A program made the position numbers and the translations under genes. The notes beneath the pieces were generated by a model. It made no database searches and was not told the origin of the DNA. It saw nothing but the letters and a program-made list of their open reading frames with translations. A DNA stretch of 36,105 bases from Bacteroidota bacterium (GTDB lineage: Bacteria; Bacteroidota; Bacteroidia; NS11-12g; UBA955), in the NCBI GenBank assembly GCA_037975865.1, contig JBANFU010000129.1, forward strand, positions 1 through 36,105, written 5' to 3'. Of the stretch, positions 35,683 to 36,105 are shown piece after piece; position 1 is the first letter of the stretch, and every line of letters begins with the position of its first letter.

Positions 35683-36105
35683 TTAGGGAATTTTTACGGA
35701 GGCTGAGGCCACGGCACTCATACAGAAAAACCCGCCCAGCGCTGGTTTTTTGTTGGGATTGATAGAGGCAATGTTGGTGAAAATATTGGCCGGTGGTGTG
35801 GCAAACAAGCCGCCATTTTGGTTTTCGCTAATGACCAGGTTAAACCAAGCAAACGCAATGGCATTGATGGAATGGATTTCAACACGCACGGTTTCCCCTG
35901 ATTTATAGGAACGGAAGAAATCGTTCACGCCATTGTATCGGATGGGGTAGATGAAGAGTTCGCCATCTTGTCCGTTCGATGTGTTACCCATGTCGGCCGA
36001 CACGTTTAACTGATCAATTTTATTGAGGAAAGAATCGTTTCGAAATGTTTTGATCCAATAGAAATCGCCAGGTCCTTTGCGGTCTTTGGCCATCAGTTCG
36101 ATGTA
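35683..36105 (-). CDS. DUF4249-like protein, C-terminal part (5' end beyond window)
   Basis: The frame stays open to nt 36105. The tail GGLFATPPANIFTNI...ALGGFFCMSAVASASVKIP parallels the C-terminus of the DUF4249 protein at 11942..12829. Confidence 0.55.
   Translation of the reverse strand, partial: YIELMAKDRKGPGDFYWIKTFRNDSFLNKIDQLNVSADMGNTSNGQDGELFIYPIRYNGVNDFFRSYKSGETVRVEIHSINAIAFAWFNLVISENQNGGLFATPPANIFTNIASINPNKKPALGGFFCMSAVASASVKIP

Noticed and set aside
1-36105. CRISPR arrays, IS elements or transposases, integrases, phage genes, toxin-antitoxin pairs, tRNA/rRNA genes, long direct or inverted repeats
   Set aside because: None was seen. Every spacer is shorter than about 185 nt and all large ORFs have ordinary housekeeping or envelope assignments. 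A computational repeat scan, tRNAscan and Rfam search would be needed for certainty.

Overview
This is a densely packed chromosomal segment that reads as Bacteroidota. The pointers are a T9SS C-terminal sorting domain, TonB-receptor/DUF4249 pairs, a DUF6089-uppS-bamA cluster, TAnnTTTG promoter boxes, a fused E1 alpha/beta dehydrogenase and a long-form PurF. I call 27 protein-coding genes, two of them cut by the window edges. Intergenic spacers are very short. By eye I found no rRNA, tRNA, CRISPR array, IS or transposase, integrase or large repeat. Gene content is mostly housekeeping: purF, frr, purK, uppS, bamA, metH, uvrB, an ALDH7-type dehydrogenase and 3-hydroxyanthranilate dioxygenase. Envelope genes are interspersed: TonB-dependent receptor plus DUF4249, two DUF6089 beta-barrel paralogs, two unknown secreted proteins, and a T9SS-secreted M1 peptidase followed by an MbnP/MbnH-like lipoprotein pair. 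I do not see a self-contained defence island or a clearly new multi-gene system. The observations most worth a second look are: (1) the M1 peptidase-MbnP-MbnH unit; (2) tandem DUF6089 paralogs in the slot that holds porG upstream of uppS-bamA in Porphyromonas; (3) exact TAnnTTTG boxes lying 4-15 nt from start codons, which implies near-leaderless mRNAs; (4) a MetH lacking its homocysteine-binding domain with no partner gene adjacent; (5) two tandem unknown signal-peptide proteins coupled to a CNNM/GldE-like gene. All family assignments come from reading the translations and from memory of conserved motifs. No database search was run.
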